Positions 20,290 to 30,842 are shown, counted from the first letter of the stretch. The stretch: DNA of 64,000 bases from Promethearchaeota archaeon (GCA_019058365.1 JAHPZE010000004.1:160001-224000), one strand, 5' to 3'. Translations and numbers: made by a program. Notes: generated by a model not told the origin, from the letters alone.

Positions 20290-20547
20290 TTATGGAAGTG
20301 ATTTTTCAATCTCATTATCTACATTGAGATTTGGGTTTTGTTCCCTAAAATTATAAACTATTTTAGCAATTTGTCCTAAATATTTAAGAGGATTCATGGT
20401 GCTTCCGCATTTACTGCATTTAAAGTCAACCATTCCTTCAATTGATACCATTATCCCATCTTCACAAAAAGCACATTGATCAAAAGACCATCTATCTATT
20501 ATTTTAATTATATCATTAATAAATTTTTCTTGTACAGGTGCTTTCAT
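20290..20547 (-). CDS. Small zinc-ribbon protein
   Basis: CAFC...CSKC pair. Confidence 0.7.
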   Translation of the reverse strand: MKAPVQEKFINDIIKIIDRWSFDQCAFCEDGIMVSIEGMVDFKCSKCGSTMNPLKYLGQIAKIVYNFREQNPNLNVDNEIEKSLP

Positions 20548-20653
20548 ACTAATTCACTTCTTATTATACTCTAATTATTATTAATACTTTTTAATATTTA
20601 TTTTAGATTTTCACATGGTTCACAAAAACTATGATAGAACTTTTCTTTTTGTT

Positions 20654-21793
20654 TTAGGAATCTATAATCCGGGGAATATATCCTTCAATTAATAAACAAT
20701 CAAGTAAAACGTTCGCAGTCATAGCTTCTATTACTGTAACGATCCTAGGCACTATACATGGATCATGACGACCAGAAAATTCTACTTCTACATTCTCCAT
20801 TTTTTCAATGTTAACTGTTTTCTGAGGAATCCCTATCGAAGCAGTTGGTTTAACTGCAACCGTAAATTCAATCGGCATTCCTGTTGAGATTCCCCCGATT
20901 ATTCCACCAGCATCATTTTTACTTGTTTGGATTCTTCCATCCTTAAGAATCCATGGGTCATTATGTTCAGAACCTTTCATTCTACTTGCTTTAAAACCAG
21001 CACCAAATTCTATACCCTTTATTGCGGGAATTGCAAAAATAGCTTTACTTATATTTGACTCGAGATTATTAAAAATTGGGCCGCCTTTTCCTTCAGGAAA
21101 ATTAGATACAATACATTTTATAGTTCCTCCAATAGAATCCTTTTGATTTTTTACCTTCTCAATTAATTCTTCCATTAATTTTGCTTTCTCTGGGTTAATA
21201 GATCTTACAAGAGATTTCTCCCTAATTTCAGCTAAATCTTTAAACTCCCCTAAAAGATATTTTTCTTCATCCCTTATATTTCCAATACTCTTGGTATAAG
21301 CGAATACAAATATATCATATTTTTCTAAAATTTGTTTTGCTACTGCACCTGCCATTACAAATCCTGCTGTGATTCTTCCAGAAAATCGTCCAGATCCTCG
21401 AAAATCGGAAAATCCACCATATTTCGTTAATGCAGTATAATCTATATGTGATGGTCTTAAGTAATTTTTATATTTTGTATATAATGATGAATCTACGTCT
21501 TTATTTTCAATTAATAAGCAAATTGGTGCTCCAGTGGTTTTATTATTGAATATACCAGATAAAGCTCTAACTCGATCCTGCTCTAGACGGTTAGTAGTTA
21601 CGGGTGATTGACCGGGTTTTCTTCTATTAAGTTCATTTTGTATAAAATCTAAATCAAAATTTAATCCCGCTGGTACACCATCTAAAATAATTCCCACTAT
21701 TTCTCCATGACTTTCACCAAAGGATGTTATTCTAAATATAGTACCAAAAGAATTATCCATAATTTTCTCATTTTCTAAGGATTTATTATACAA
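20654..21793 (-). CDS. aroC: Chorismate synthase
   Basis: NSFG..FRITSFGESHG, RPSHID, GGIIGGISTG, GRHDPC; the true start may be the ATG at 21760. Confidence 0.97.
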   Translation of the reverse strand: MYNKSLENEKIMDNSFGTIFRITSFGESHGEIVGIILDGVPAGLNFDLDFIQNELNRRKPGQSPVTTNRLEQDRVRALSGIFNNKTTGAPICLLIENKDVDSSLYTKYKNYLRPSHIDYTALTKYGGFSDFRGSGRFSGRITAGFVMAGAVAKQILEKYDIFVFAYTKSIGNIRDEEKYLLGEFKDLAEIREKSLVRSINPEKAKLMEELIEKVKNQKDSIGGTIKCIVSNFPEGKGGPIFNNLESNISKAIFAIPAIKGIEFGAGFKASRMKGSEHNDPWILKDGRIQTSKNDAGGIIGGISTGMPIEFTVAVKPTASIGIPQKTVNIEKMENVEVEFSGRHDPCIVPRIVTVIEAMTANVLLDCLLIEGYIPRIIDS

Positions 21794-21850
21794 TAGTCTT
21801 ACATGATTATTTAATTAATATTATATCTATAAGTTTCTATTTATTATGTA

Positions 21851-23167
21851 ATGAATCTTAAAATTAATCCAATCGCAAATGGCTTAAATGGTGAAATCAC
21901 AGCACCCGGATCTAAAAGCTATTCGCATAGAGCTTTTATTTCCGCAAGTCTAGCTGATAGTATTTCAATAATCAAAAATCCCTTAGTGTCTGGAGATGTG
22001 GCAGTTACCATTAATTTATTACAATTATTAGGCGTTAAAACTTTTAAAAAAAGTGATAATACTTATATTGTTAAGCGCGATAAAGACGCCTACAGATCTC
22101 CTAAAAAACCTATAGATTGCAGAAACTCTGGAACAACCATTAGAATTTTCAGCGCTTTAGCTTTACTATTCGAGAAAGGTTTAACCTTAAAGGGAGAATT
22201 TTTTAAGCTTAAACGACCAATTCTTCCTCTTCTCAATGCGCTTGAACAACTAGGAGGAACATTCAAATTAACAGACGATAAACTTAAAATTGCACGTAAA
22301 AAAGTTTTATGTAATAAAATTAAGATTCCGGGGGATATTAGTTCGCAATTTATTACTGCTTTACTAATGTTATGTCCTTTATTAAAATGCAAAGATAAAG
22401 ACTTTATTGAAATTGAATTAATCACCTCATTATCCTCTAAATCATATATAGATATGACTATAGATATATTACAATTGTTTGGAATTAATATTCAAGCTAA
22501 TTTCGAAACAGGAAAGTTTTATATAACAAATGAACAAACTTATAGATCACAATCATATACTGTTCCAGGAGATTTTTCTTCGGCAGCATTTATTTTAGCA
22601 GCTGCGGTTTTATCTCGGAAATCTTCATCTATAATTGTTAATAACTTAAACCTTAAGAATTACCAACCAGATAAAAAAATTCTTGAGATCCTAAAGGAAA
22701 TGGGAGCAAATATTATTTTTGACGAAGAAAAAGATCGGGTTGTCGTGAATGGAGATATAAATACTTACCCTTTAAAAGGTATTGAAATTAACTGCATTGA
22801 TATTCCTGATTTATTTCCAATCTTATCTGTTATAGGTGCTTTTGCAGAAGGAAAAACAATTTTATATAATGCTTCTAATTTGCGATTAAAAGAAACTGAT
22901 AGAATATCCGTTATGGCTCGAGAATTAAGGAATATGGGTGTTGAAGTTATTGAAGAAGAGGATAAGTTAACTATTTTTCATAGTGATGAATTATTTGGAA
23001 CAGAGATCAATCACAATAATGATCACAGAATTGCGATGGCTTGCAGCATTGCAGCATTATATGCTGGGTCTAGTTCTTCTATTCAAAATAGTAATATTGT
23101 GAAAGATTCATATCCTTCCTTTTATGAAGACTTAAAAGAATTAGGAGCGCAAATTGAGATACTTTAA
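21851..23167 (+). CDS. aroA: 3-phosphoshikimate 1-carboxyvinyltransferase (EPSP synthase)
   Basis: PGSKSYSHRA, NSGTTIR, ISSQFITALL, LRLKETDRI, DHRIAM. Confidence 0.97.
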   Translation: MNLKINPIANGLNGEITAPGSKSYSHRAFISASLADSISIIKNPLVSGDVAVTINLLQLLGVKTFKKSDNTYIVKRDKDAYRSPKKPIDCRNSGTTIRIFSALALLFEKGLTLKGEFFKLKRPILPLLNALEQLGGTFKLTDDKLKIARKKVLCNKIKIPGDISSQFITALLMLCPLLKCKDKDFIEIELITSLSSKSYIDMTIDILQLFGINIQANFETGKFYITNEQTYRSQSYTVPGDFSSAAFILAAAVLSRKSSSIIVNNLNLKNYQPDKKILEILKEMGANIIFDEEKDRVVVNGDINTYPLKGIEINCIDIPDLFPILSVIGAFAEGKTILYNASNLRLKETDRISVMARELRNMGVEVIEEEDKLTIFHSDELFGTEINHNNDHRIAMACSIAALYAGSSSSIQNSNIVKDSYPSFYEDLKELGAQIEIL

Positions 23168-23181
23168 AATTTTTTAAAAAT

Positions 23182-23592
23182 CTATCTGAAACTTTTCTGT
23201 CGTCGTGATCTAGCTTTCTTCCCTCCGAATTTCTTCGGCTCTGTTCTTCTCGAATCTCCACTCAATAAGGAATCATCATATTCTCTGAAGGTTCTTTCAA
23301 TCGTTTTTGTGCCAATTAATTTATATATTGATTTAGCAATTGCCATACGTACGGCATCAGTTTGACCACTCTTTCCGCCACCCTTCACATTAATTGTAAT
23401 ATCGCATTTTTCAACTTTTGGATGATTTATTATTTCAAGAACTTCTTGAATCCTTAATCGAGCTATTTCTGGTTCATATAAATTTAAAGGTATATTATTA
23501 ATCTTTATTTGACCTTTTGCAGGATGCCTTAAAACAGCTCTAGCAATAGCAGCTTTTCTTTTTCCTGATGACTGAACTACTTTCATCGACAT
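23182..23592 (-). CDS. rps9: 30S ribosomal protein S9 (uS9)
   Basis: GKRKAAIAR, VKGGG..GQ, RRTEPKKFGG..ARSRRQKSFR. Confidence 0.97.
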   Translation of the reverse strand: MSMKVVQSSGKRKAAIARAVLRHPAKGQIKINNIPLNLYEPEIARLRIQEVLEIINHPKVEKCDITINVKGGGKSGQTDAVRMAIAKSIYKLIGTKTIERTFREYDDSLLSGDSRRTEPKKFGGKKARSRRQKSFR

Positions 23593-23595
23593 TTA

Positions 23596-24087
23596 TTAAA
23601 CCTCAGCTTCATTTTTTTTCCAACCAATTCGTTGGCATAAATTTTCTAAGGTAATATACTTGTTATAATATGAAAGTCTCTGTTTACTCACATTATTTAT
23701 ATTATTTAGCACCAATTTTTGATACCTACTTTTAAATCGTTCTGGAATATCCGATATATAAACATGAACTCTTTTAAGAGCTTCCTTTCCTCGTAATTTC
23801 TTTCTCGGTAGCATTTGCTTTATAACTCTTCTCATAAAAGTATCTGGTCTTCTTTCATGAAATGGTCCTTTACGTGGATTGGTTGCTGTTGAAATATTAA
23901 GTTTTGCTAAATACTTTTCATGAATATCCCTTTTTGTTCCACTAATAATAGCATCTTTTGCGTTAATAATTACTATATACTCCCCCAATAGAGCTTTTTT
24001 AGCAATATGACTACAGAAACGCCCTAATATGTTGTTTGATGCATCAAATAATTGATATTCAATAACCATAAGATTTTCATTACTCAT
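23596..24087 (-). CDS. rpl13: 50S ribosomal protein L13 (uL13)
   Basis: DASNNILGR, NPRKGPFH.RRP, MLPRKKLRGKEALKR. Confidence 0.97.
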   Translation of the reverse strand: MSNENLMVIEYQLFDASNNILGRFCSHIAKKALLGEYIVIINAKDAIISGTKRDIHEKYLAKLNISTATNPRKGPFHERRPDTFMRRVIKQMLPRKKLRGKEALKRVHVYISDIPERFKSRYQKLVLNNINNVSKQRLSYYNKYITLENLCQRIGWKKNEAEV

Positions 24088-24102
24088 AAGATCTTAATTA
24101 TT

Positions 24103-24459
24103 TTAATAAAAAACTTTAACTCCACTACCTTTAGGGTTTTGTTCTAATAATTCTTCAATCGATACTAATGTGCTTCCAGATGATTCTATTTTTTTTTTGG
24201 CTGACTTTGAATATTCTAAGCATGCAATAGTAAGAGTATGCTCTAATTCTCCCATACCTAAAACTTTTCCAGGAATAACAATGATATCATCTTTATTTGT
24301 CTTCTTATTAATACGATATAAATTTGCTTTAATTCTATTTTTTCTTGGACTGCTTAACTTACGGGAAATCTTTCTCCATATTTTTATCTTGGATTTCCAC
24401 AAATCTCTTATGAGTTTTCTAATATAATAGTTGCTTGGTCCAGTTACTTTATGAGACAT
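24103..24459 (-). CDS. rpl18e: 50S ribosomal protein L18e
   Basis: IWRKI...L..PRKNR, IPGKVLG.G, NPKGSGV; canonical position between rpo3 and L13. Confidence 0.96.
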   Translation of the reverse strand: MSHKVTGPSNYYIRKLIRDLWKSKIKIWRKISRKLSSPRKNRIKANLYRINKKTNKDDIIVIPGKVLGMGELEHTLTIACLEYSKSAKKKIESSGSTLVSIEELLEQNPKGSGVKVFY

Positions 24460-24532
24460 TAAAAAGCTACTACTCTTATTTTATTTTATCTGATAACTTA
24501 AATTTATAATATTTTAATAATTTTTTGATAAA

Positions 24533-25375
24533 TTACGATTCTATCTCTGCTCCTTCAAGTTTTTCAACAAATTCATCAATTTTCTCTAAGAAGATCTCAA
24601 ATGTTTTCTTGATAATTGTCTCAAATGGAAGAACTCCATCACTTTCAATTGAGAAGATATAAGTATTATCTTTCCAGCTTACTTTTATAGCTTGTTCTGG
24701 ACATTCATTCTGACATGAATTGCATAATGTGCATGTTTTCCAATAATCTTCTACTAACACGGGCATTTTTTTATTTGAGAAATTATATAATTTTTCAGGA
24801 CATAATCTCGATACTAAACATTTATCTGGGCATTTAGTACATTTGCTATTATCAAAATCTATTTCAGGATAAAATCTGTAAAAAATATTTGAAACAGCTT
24901 GCCATTTAACATGATCTTTAGCTATTCCTAATATAGAATACGCCTCGATTATTACTCTATCATTTTTATCTATTTTTACTAGCGGAATCTTTGGATTAAC
25001 GGGAATAATTTTGGGATCGTTTGAATTCAAATTTCCTGAATATATTTGTAAGGGTGTATTGGTTGTGTTAGTAACTTCACAAGTTAAAGAAACCTGACAA
25101 AGGGGACACCCATATCCCCCGCATTCGCACTCTCGTGGAAGTTTATATGTTTCTAAATCGGTAGTTAAAGGCATCATTGAAAGCCTATGTGCTATTATTT
25201 CATCGTATAAAGGCGAATCATTTTTTAAAATAATAACCTCATCTACAGCCATAACGGGTATCTCAGAAATTATAATTCTGCGAATTGCATTGGCCATTTC
25301 AACAGAGATCCCATCTACCACGAATATGAGTTTCCTTTGGTTTTTTTCGAGAACTTCAAGACTCATGACTTTCAT
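24533..25375 (-). CDS. rpoD: DNA-directed RNA polymerase subunit D (Rpo3) with Zn and Fe-S motifs
   Basis: ANAIRRIIISEIPVMAVD, YDEIIAHRL, CECGGYGCPLC, CTLCNSCQNECP, IESDG. Confidence 0.96.
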   Translation of the reverse strand: MKVMSLEVLEKNQRKLIFVVDGISVEMANAIRRIIISEIPVMAVDEVIILKNDSPLYDEIIAHRLSMMPLTTDLETYKLPRECECGGYGCPLCQVSLTCEVTNTTNTPLQIYSGNLNSNDPKIIPVNPKIPLVKIDKNDRVIIEAYSILGIAKDHVKWQAVSNIFYRFYPEIDFDNSKCTKCPDKCLVSRLCPEKLYNFSNKKMPVLVEDYWKTCTLCNSCQNECPEQAIKVSWKDNTYIFSIESDGVLPFETIIKKTFEIFLEKIDEFVEKLEGAEIES

Positions 25376-25457
25376 TAATTCTAAATTATAATAAGTCTTA
25401 AATGAATCGTATAAGATAAGTTTTATTATTCCAATGATAAAATAAGAATAAATAATA

Positions 25458-26786
25458 TTAGTAAAACTTCAAATATTCATATGCTTTGTTTGGAGCCTGA
25501 AAACAATATTTTATTTCTTGGAAACCCTGTCTAAATTCAGCCACGTCATTTCTTATCTTTTTAGGGTCCTTTTTTTCAATTAGTAGTTTTTTAAAGAAAT
25601 CAGCAATATCAACCATTTCATTTTTTTTCATACCAAGTCGAGTTATTTCAGAGGTCCCGATTCTCAAACCGCCTGGATTTTGGTAATGTCTACCTTCAGC
25701 GATGTCATTAGGCAAAAGATTACGATTGAGGATTATGTTAGCATCTTCTAGAATTTTCTCAATGTCTCCACCCAATCCAATAGTTTTTTCAAATGCAGTA
25801 ATATCAACCACAATCTGATGAGATTCAGTAAATCCTTTATGTTCCATTAATACTTTCAAACCAATATCAGATAAAGCTTGTCCAAGAGCTTTGGCATTTT
25901 TAATAACATTTTTATGGTATTCCTTTCCAAATTCTAGCATTTCTGCTAAAGCAATACCCAATCCAGCAACATTGTGTAGATGATGATTAGATAATAAAGC
26001 CGGAAACGCACAAGATCTCAATGTTTCAACTAAATCTTCTCTATTCGATACTAATATACCATGTTGAGGTCCTGGAAGTGTTTTATGTGTACTCATCGTC
26101 ATAGCGTCTGCTCCTTCTCTTAAAGGATCTTGAAAATACCCAGAACCAATCAATCCAGCAACATGGGCAGCATCATAACCAATATATGCCCCCACTTCTT
26201 TCGCAACTTCACCAAGTTCTTTAACGGGGTGTGGGAATAAAAATACTGAACCACCAAATAAAACTAATTCAGGCTCGAATTCTCTTATAATTTTTGCAGA
26301 AGCATCAATATCTAAGTTCATTTCATCATTATCAAAAGCTAAATATTCTACATTTATTCCTCTAGTTGTACCAGCTGTACCAAAAATTTCTCTACCACTT
26401 TTTGCGAATCTTGGTCCATGTGAAATATGACCACCACGAACAATAGACATACAACACATCTTACCATTATTATCTGAAGTAAATGCATTATACATAACTA
26501 AGTTTGCTACAACTCCAGATACTGGTCGTACATCAGCATGTAAGCAATCAAAATATTCTTTTGTAAGTTCCATGCAAATATCTTCTATTTGATCTATATA
26601 AGTGCACCCAGCATAAACTCTCTGGCCGCTCCAGCCTTCTGCATATCGATGTGAAAAATCAGAAACACAGGCTTCATCCACAGCGGGACTGGTAATATTT
26701 TCAGAAGCGATTAGAGGAATGGATTTTTGGAACCAATCATGATGCTCTTGTAAAAGAGTTCTGATTTCAGCTACTTTTTTCTTCAA
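25458..26786 (-). CDS. glyA: Serine hydroxymethyltransferase (archaeal type)
   Basis: LIASEN, RYAEG, GGHISH, YDAAHV, STHKTLPGPQ, GLRIGT. Confidence 0.96.
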   Translation of the reverse strand: MKKKVAEIRTLLQEHHDWFQKSIPLIASENITSPAVDEACVSDFSHRYAEGWSGQRVYAGCTYIDQIEDICMELTKEYFDCLHADVRPVSGVVANLVMYNAFTSDNNGKMCCMSIVRGGHISHGPRFAKSGREIFGTAGTTRGINVEYLAFDNDEMNLDIDASAKIIREFEPELVLFGGSVFLFPHPVKELGEVAKEVGAYIGYDAAHVAGLIGSGYFQDPLREGADAMTMSTHKTLPGPQHGILVSNREDLVETLRSCAFPALLSNHHLHNVAGLGIALAEMLEFGKEYHKNVIKNAKALGQALSDIGLKVLMEHKGFTESHQIVVDITAFEKTIGLGGDIEKILEDANIILNRNLLPNDIAEGRHYQNPGGLRIGTSEITRLGMKKNEMVDIADFFKKLLIEKKDPKKIRNDVAEFRQGFQEIKYCFQAPNKAYEYLKFY

Positions 26787-26960
26787 ATTTAATCTTCTTT
26801 TCCATTAATTTTAAATATTAATAAAGTAATAAATCTACAATTTTTTTAAAACCTTATTCAGATTTCTTAATTTTTTAATAAAATTTCTTTAAATATATTA
26901 TTACTCCTAAAGACTACTTCAGGTTGACACAAAATTTCATTATAGTTTTAAAAGGAGTTC

Positions 26961-27878
26961 TTACTCTTTAGATTGTTCCAGAATTAATCTAGCTTCAAAT
27001 AAGTTTAACTTTTTCCCTGCTTTTTGCTTTTCTAGTGCTGTAGCTAATTTATCCTGTTTAATCTTTTCAATCATTTCATTTTTTTTTGATACTTGGGTGA
27101 ATTTTGGAGCTGGTTTTTGGTTATGTCTATATGGTTTCTTCCCCTTGTATGATTTCTTTCTTTGGTTCATTACTTTTAAGTATTGTTCATGATATCGATC
27201 AGCTGTTTTTTTGTTTTCAATTAATTCTTCTTCGAGTTTTTTCTTATCTTCCTTTAATTTATCGACGTTTTGAAACTCTTGTAGCATTTTAGCATGATTT
27301 TCTTGAGATTTATCAGACCATTTATTTAATTGTTCATAGATCTTATTCAAATTAATCTTAACAATTTCAATTTTCCTCTCAATTTTAAAAATATCACTAT
27401 TTTTGTGTTCAGATAAAAATTCTTGTTTCGCTTCTGCTAATTCTCTTATTTTATCAATTATGGTATTTTCCTCAGTAATATCAAGTTTTTCCGTTTCAAT
27501 TCTTCTCTCCAAATTATCAATTTTTCGCTCAATTTGTTTCATTGAAAGAATTTGTTTCTTATCTTTATTTTTTGCTTCAGGTTTTTGTAAAGTGTTTTTT
27601 TCTTCTATTAAGTTATCTAATAATGTCTTATACTCAATTTTTTTTTCTTTTAATTGTTTTACCTTATTATTCCAGTAATCTCTTTTCTTTTTGTATTGTT
27701 CCTTTGCGATTTTTAGAGAATTTGCAATTTCTACCTCAATATCTTGGAGATCATTTATAAATTGTTTTGTTTTTTGATTTAATTCATCTCTCTTTTGCCG
27801 TAAATCCTCTATTTGGGACTGAAGGTCTCTAAAAGAAGTTCGAGATGTTTGAGCGTTATGGGGTCTCTCTCTACTCAT
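26961..27878 (-). CDS. Archaeal coiled-coil protein (COG1340-like)
   Basis: Continuous heptads; RIETEKLDITEENTIIDKIREL and C-terminal EKQKAGKKLNLFE. Confidence 0.75.
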   Translation of the reverse strand: MSRERPHNAQTSRTSFRDLQSQIEDLRQKRDELNQKTKQFINDLQDIEVEIANSLKIAKEQYKKKRDYWNNKVKQLKEKKIEYKTLLDNLIEEKNTLQKPEAKNKDKKQILSMKQIERKIDNLERRIETEKLDITEENTIIDKIRELAEAKQEFLSEHKNSDIFKIERKIEIVKINLNKIYEQLNKWSDKSQENHAKMLQEFQNVDKLKEDKKKLEEELIENKKTADRYHEQYLKVMNQRKKSYKGKKPYRHNQKPAPKFTQVSKKNEMIEKIKQDKLATALEKQKAGKKLNLFEARLILEQSKE

Positions 27879-28050
27879 AAATTAATTCATTAAAGAGTAT
27901 TTATAAAAAAGATTTTTTATAAGTTTAATATAAATGAGAGTTGTAGATTTTTTATATATTTTTTGTAAATAAATTAATAATAAAAGAAAGTCTTCTTATA
28001 ACCAACTAAAGATTTAGATACTTTAGAAATAAAAAGAGATTGCATTTAAA

Positions 28051-28917
28051 ATGAGCTCCGAAATTATTAAAGAAAACGATTTAATCTTTTTGATTCTTGA
28101 CGAAAAACGACGATGGCTTATTCAAGTGAAATCTGGTGAAAAATTCCATTCACATAAAGGAATCATTGAGTTTGATGATGTAATCGGAAAAGTATTTGGT
28201 TCCGCAATTTTTTCGAAACCTCTTGAAACACAAGGCTATAAATTTTTTGTATTAAAACCCTTGCCCTCTGATTATGTTCTTCATATGGCTCGAAAGACTC
28301 AAATTATTTATCCTGAAGATGCTGGAATGATTCTACTATATTCAGGAATCGGACCGGGAAGTATAATTGTTGAAGCAGGATGCGGTTCTGGAGCTCTTAC
28401 ATGCATTCTAGGTAATTATGTTCGCCCAAATGGGCACATTTACTCTTATGATATTAGTGAAAAATCACTTAAAAGAGCAACGGCAAATATCCTTAAAGCA
28501 AAGTTAAAAGATATCGTAACAATTAAATATGGAGATCTGATAAGGGAAGATTTAAAGCACAAGAATGTTGATGCAATTGTTTTAGATCTAGCTACTCCTT
28601 GGGATGCTATCGAAAGAGTTAAGAATTATTTAAGATTTAGTGGCACTTTAGTATCTTTTTCTCCAACTATTGAGCAAGTTAAAAAAACAGTGTCAATGAT
28701 GAATAAGAATGATTTTATTGAGGTAAATACATATGAATTAATAAAAAGAAAAATCCAAGTAAAAGAAAATGCTACACGTCCAGAAGTGAGAATGGTTGGT
28801 CACACTGGATATTTAACCTTTGGGCGAAAAATAAAAAATATTAAAAATCCTTATCGAGAGATAAAAAAGAAAACTAATGAATATGTAAATCTAAATGGAA
28901 TGCCGTTAAGAGGTTGA
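28051..28917 (+). CDS. trmI: tRNA (adenine-N1)-methyltransferase (TrmI/Trm61)
   Basis: RKTQIIYPED, EAGCGSG, LDLATPW, SPTIEQV, MVGHTGYL. Confidence 0.95.
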   Translation: MSSEIIKENDLIFLILDEKRRWLIQVKSGEKFHSHKGIIEFDDVIGKVFGSAIFSKPLETQGYKFFVLKPLPSDYVLHMARKTQIIYPEDAGMILLYSGIGPGSIIVEAGCGSGALTCILGNYVRPNGHIYSYDISEKSLKRATANILKAKLKDIVTIKYGDLIREDLKHKNVDAIVLDLATPWDAIERVKNYLRFSGTLVSFSPTIEQVKKTVSMMNKNDFIEVNTYELIKRKIQVKENATRPEVRMVGHTGYLTFGRKIKNIKNPYREIKKKTNEYVNLNGMPLRG

Positions 28918-28924
28918 AGATTTT

Positions 28925-29257
28925 ATGGAAATTACCTATGAAGATTTCTCAAAACTCGATATTAGAGTAGGATTAGTTAAAAATTGCACAAAAGTACCCA
29001 AATCAAAAAACCTCTATAAATTAATGGTAGATTGCGGAGGGAAAGATCTAAAACAAATTGTGACTGGGATCGCTCCGTTTTACTCGACAGAGGAGTTAAT
29101 TAATGAAAAAATAGTGATTTTAACAAATTTAAAACCTCGAAATATTATGGGTATTCAAAGCCAGGGAATGCTACTCGCTGCTGATCTCAATAATGAACCT
29201 TTTCTATTAAAAATTGATGAAAGAAAACCGGTTCCTCCGGGATCCAAAATAAAATAG
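28925..29257 (+). CDS. Stand-alone tRNA-binding OB-fold (Trbp111/MetRS C-terminal/CsaA family)
   Basis: ITYEDFSKLDIRVG, NLKPR..MGIQSQGMLLAA. Confidence 0.9.
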   Translation: MEITYEDFSKLDIRVGLVKNCTKVPKSKNLYKLMVDCGGKDLKQIVTGIAPFYSTEELINEKIVILTNLKPRNIMGIQSQGMLLAADLNNEPFLLKIDERKPVPPGSKIK

Positions 29258-29680
29258 TCAAAAACCTTTCAATTGAGCGCCAGTTCTAAATTCTTTCTTT
29301 TTCTTAAATCTTTCAGTTCTGAAAAAATGTTTCTTCTTTTCTGGTAAAATATCTAAATATTTTCTTAAAATATCTTCAATATATTCTTTAGTTGGTCTAC
29401 TACTTGTGATTTTATTTGGATCAGATAGATATTCTAATATTTCTTTATCTTTGGACTCATAGGATAAACCTAAATTTTTAAGAGGAATATGCACAGAATG
29501 TAAAAACCATCCAGTTTTTTTCTCTTCATGGGCAATTACTTTTAAGATATTGGCTTCTTCTTTTTTAATTTTAAAGTCTAAGAGCTTTTTCCCAGGTTTT
29601 ATTATTATCGTTGCATAAACAGGAATTTTAGATTTTGGATCGTGTATCTTTTTAAGGAATTCTTCTAATTTCTTACTCAT
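29258..29680 (-). CDS. Hypothetical basic protein
   Basis: 140-aa ORF with ATG start abutting its neighbour; no recognised motif. Confidence 0.7.
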   Translation of the reverse strand: MSKKLEEFLKKIHDPKSKIPVYATIIIKPGKKLLDFKIKKEEANILKVIAHEEKKTGWFLHSVHIPLKNLGLSYESKDKEILEYLSDPNKITSSRPTKEYIEDILRKYLDILPEKKKHFFRTERFKKKKEFRTGAQLKGF

Positions 29681-29783
29681 AATTGATTCAAAAAGTTCGA
29701 ATAGTTGAAATCTAGATAGATAAATTAAAATTCATAAATAAATTTATTATTTAATAGATTTAGCCTAAATTCATTATTATTTA

Positions 29784-30827
29784 GTGGATAATAAAATGAA
29801 CTCTTTAGAAACGCCACTCTTAAGAAATCCCCTAATTAAAAAGAAAATTTGTATTTTAGGAGGGACTGAAAATTATAAAGATGAGTTTCAAAAAAAATTG
29901 AGTTCAAATTCCTTACCTTTAGAAAATAAACAAAATATAGGCGTAAATATTAGCAAAATTGATTTTTCATTTAAAAAATATGAAAAATTTGAATTTCTTT
30001 TATGGAATATTGATTGTAGACAACAGAGAGCTTATTTACGAACTATTTTTTATAATGGGGCAGAAGCTATAATAATTTTCATTTCTGAAACAAAAGTGGA
30101 TCAAATTTTATATTATTTTAATGAAATCCAAGCACGAATACCATCAATTAATATAATTTTTTGCATAATCCTTGAACATTTTACTAGAGAAGAAATTATT
30201 AACAGGCATTTAAAGAATGAAGATTTTAATTCAATTATAAAATCAAATAATGTTTATATTGATGAAATATCTGAGCCTTTAGAGATTCTGGATCAAATAT
30301 GTTCAATTTTTTTAAAGAGAAATAAATATAAAGAAATGGAAAATGTTTATATCATAGACTTTATTCCTTTAAATCTCCTTTTCGATCATTCTGACGTCAC
30401 TGATGAATGTAATGACTATTATGAACCTGAAAGACATAATACAAATATTATTCGAGCAATAAATACAGAACAATTAATAAAATATATTTTAAACTTAAAC
30501 TTGAAAGTTCAAATTGAGTCTGATAATTGGATTCGAGTTAAAAATAAGGAACTTGGCAACTTTTCAATTTATCTTAAAAATGGTAATGTATATTATTATC
30601 CTAAAATATGTGAAAAATGCCGGGATAATAGATGCTTAAAATTCAAAAAAGCTCCTTTTTTTATTTGTATTGAAGCGGGAGAATCAGCGGGTTGGACAAA
30701 TATCGATGGATTTGAACAAAGTGAACTTCTCATCATAACTAAAATACTTGCATTAAAAGAAGGAAATGAAAATAATTTGCCTAAATCAGTGCTAAAACAA
30801 ATTAAAAATTTGAATAGATGTGAATGA
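29784..30827 (+). CDS. Rab-like pseudo-GTPase with Cys-rich C-terminal domain
   Basis: KKKICILG, NIGVNI, FLLWNID.RQQR..LRTIFYNGAEAIII follow Rab topology, but GKT, DxxG and NKxD are missing; CEKC..C..C in the C-terminus. Confidence 0.7.
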   Translation: MDNKMNSLETPLLRNPLIKKKICILGGTENYKDEFQKKLSSNSLPLENKQNIGVNISKIDFSFKKYEKFEFLLWNIDCRQQRAYLRTIFYNGAEAIIIFISETKVDQILYYFNEIQARIPSINIIFCIILEHFTREEIINRHLKNEDFNSIIKSNNVYIDEISEPLEILDQICSIFLKRNKYKEMENVYIIDFIPLNLLFDHSDVTDECNDYYEPERHNTNIIRAINTEQLIKYILNLNLKVQIESDNWIRVKNKELGNFSIYLKNGNVYYYPKICEKCRDNRCLKFKKAPFFICIEAGESAGWTNIDGFEQSELLIITKILALKEGNENNLPKSVLKQIKNLNRCE

Positions 30828-30842
30828 TTAAAGTAGTGAAAA

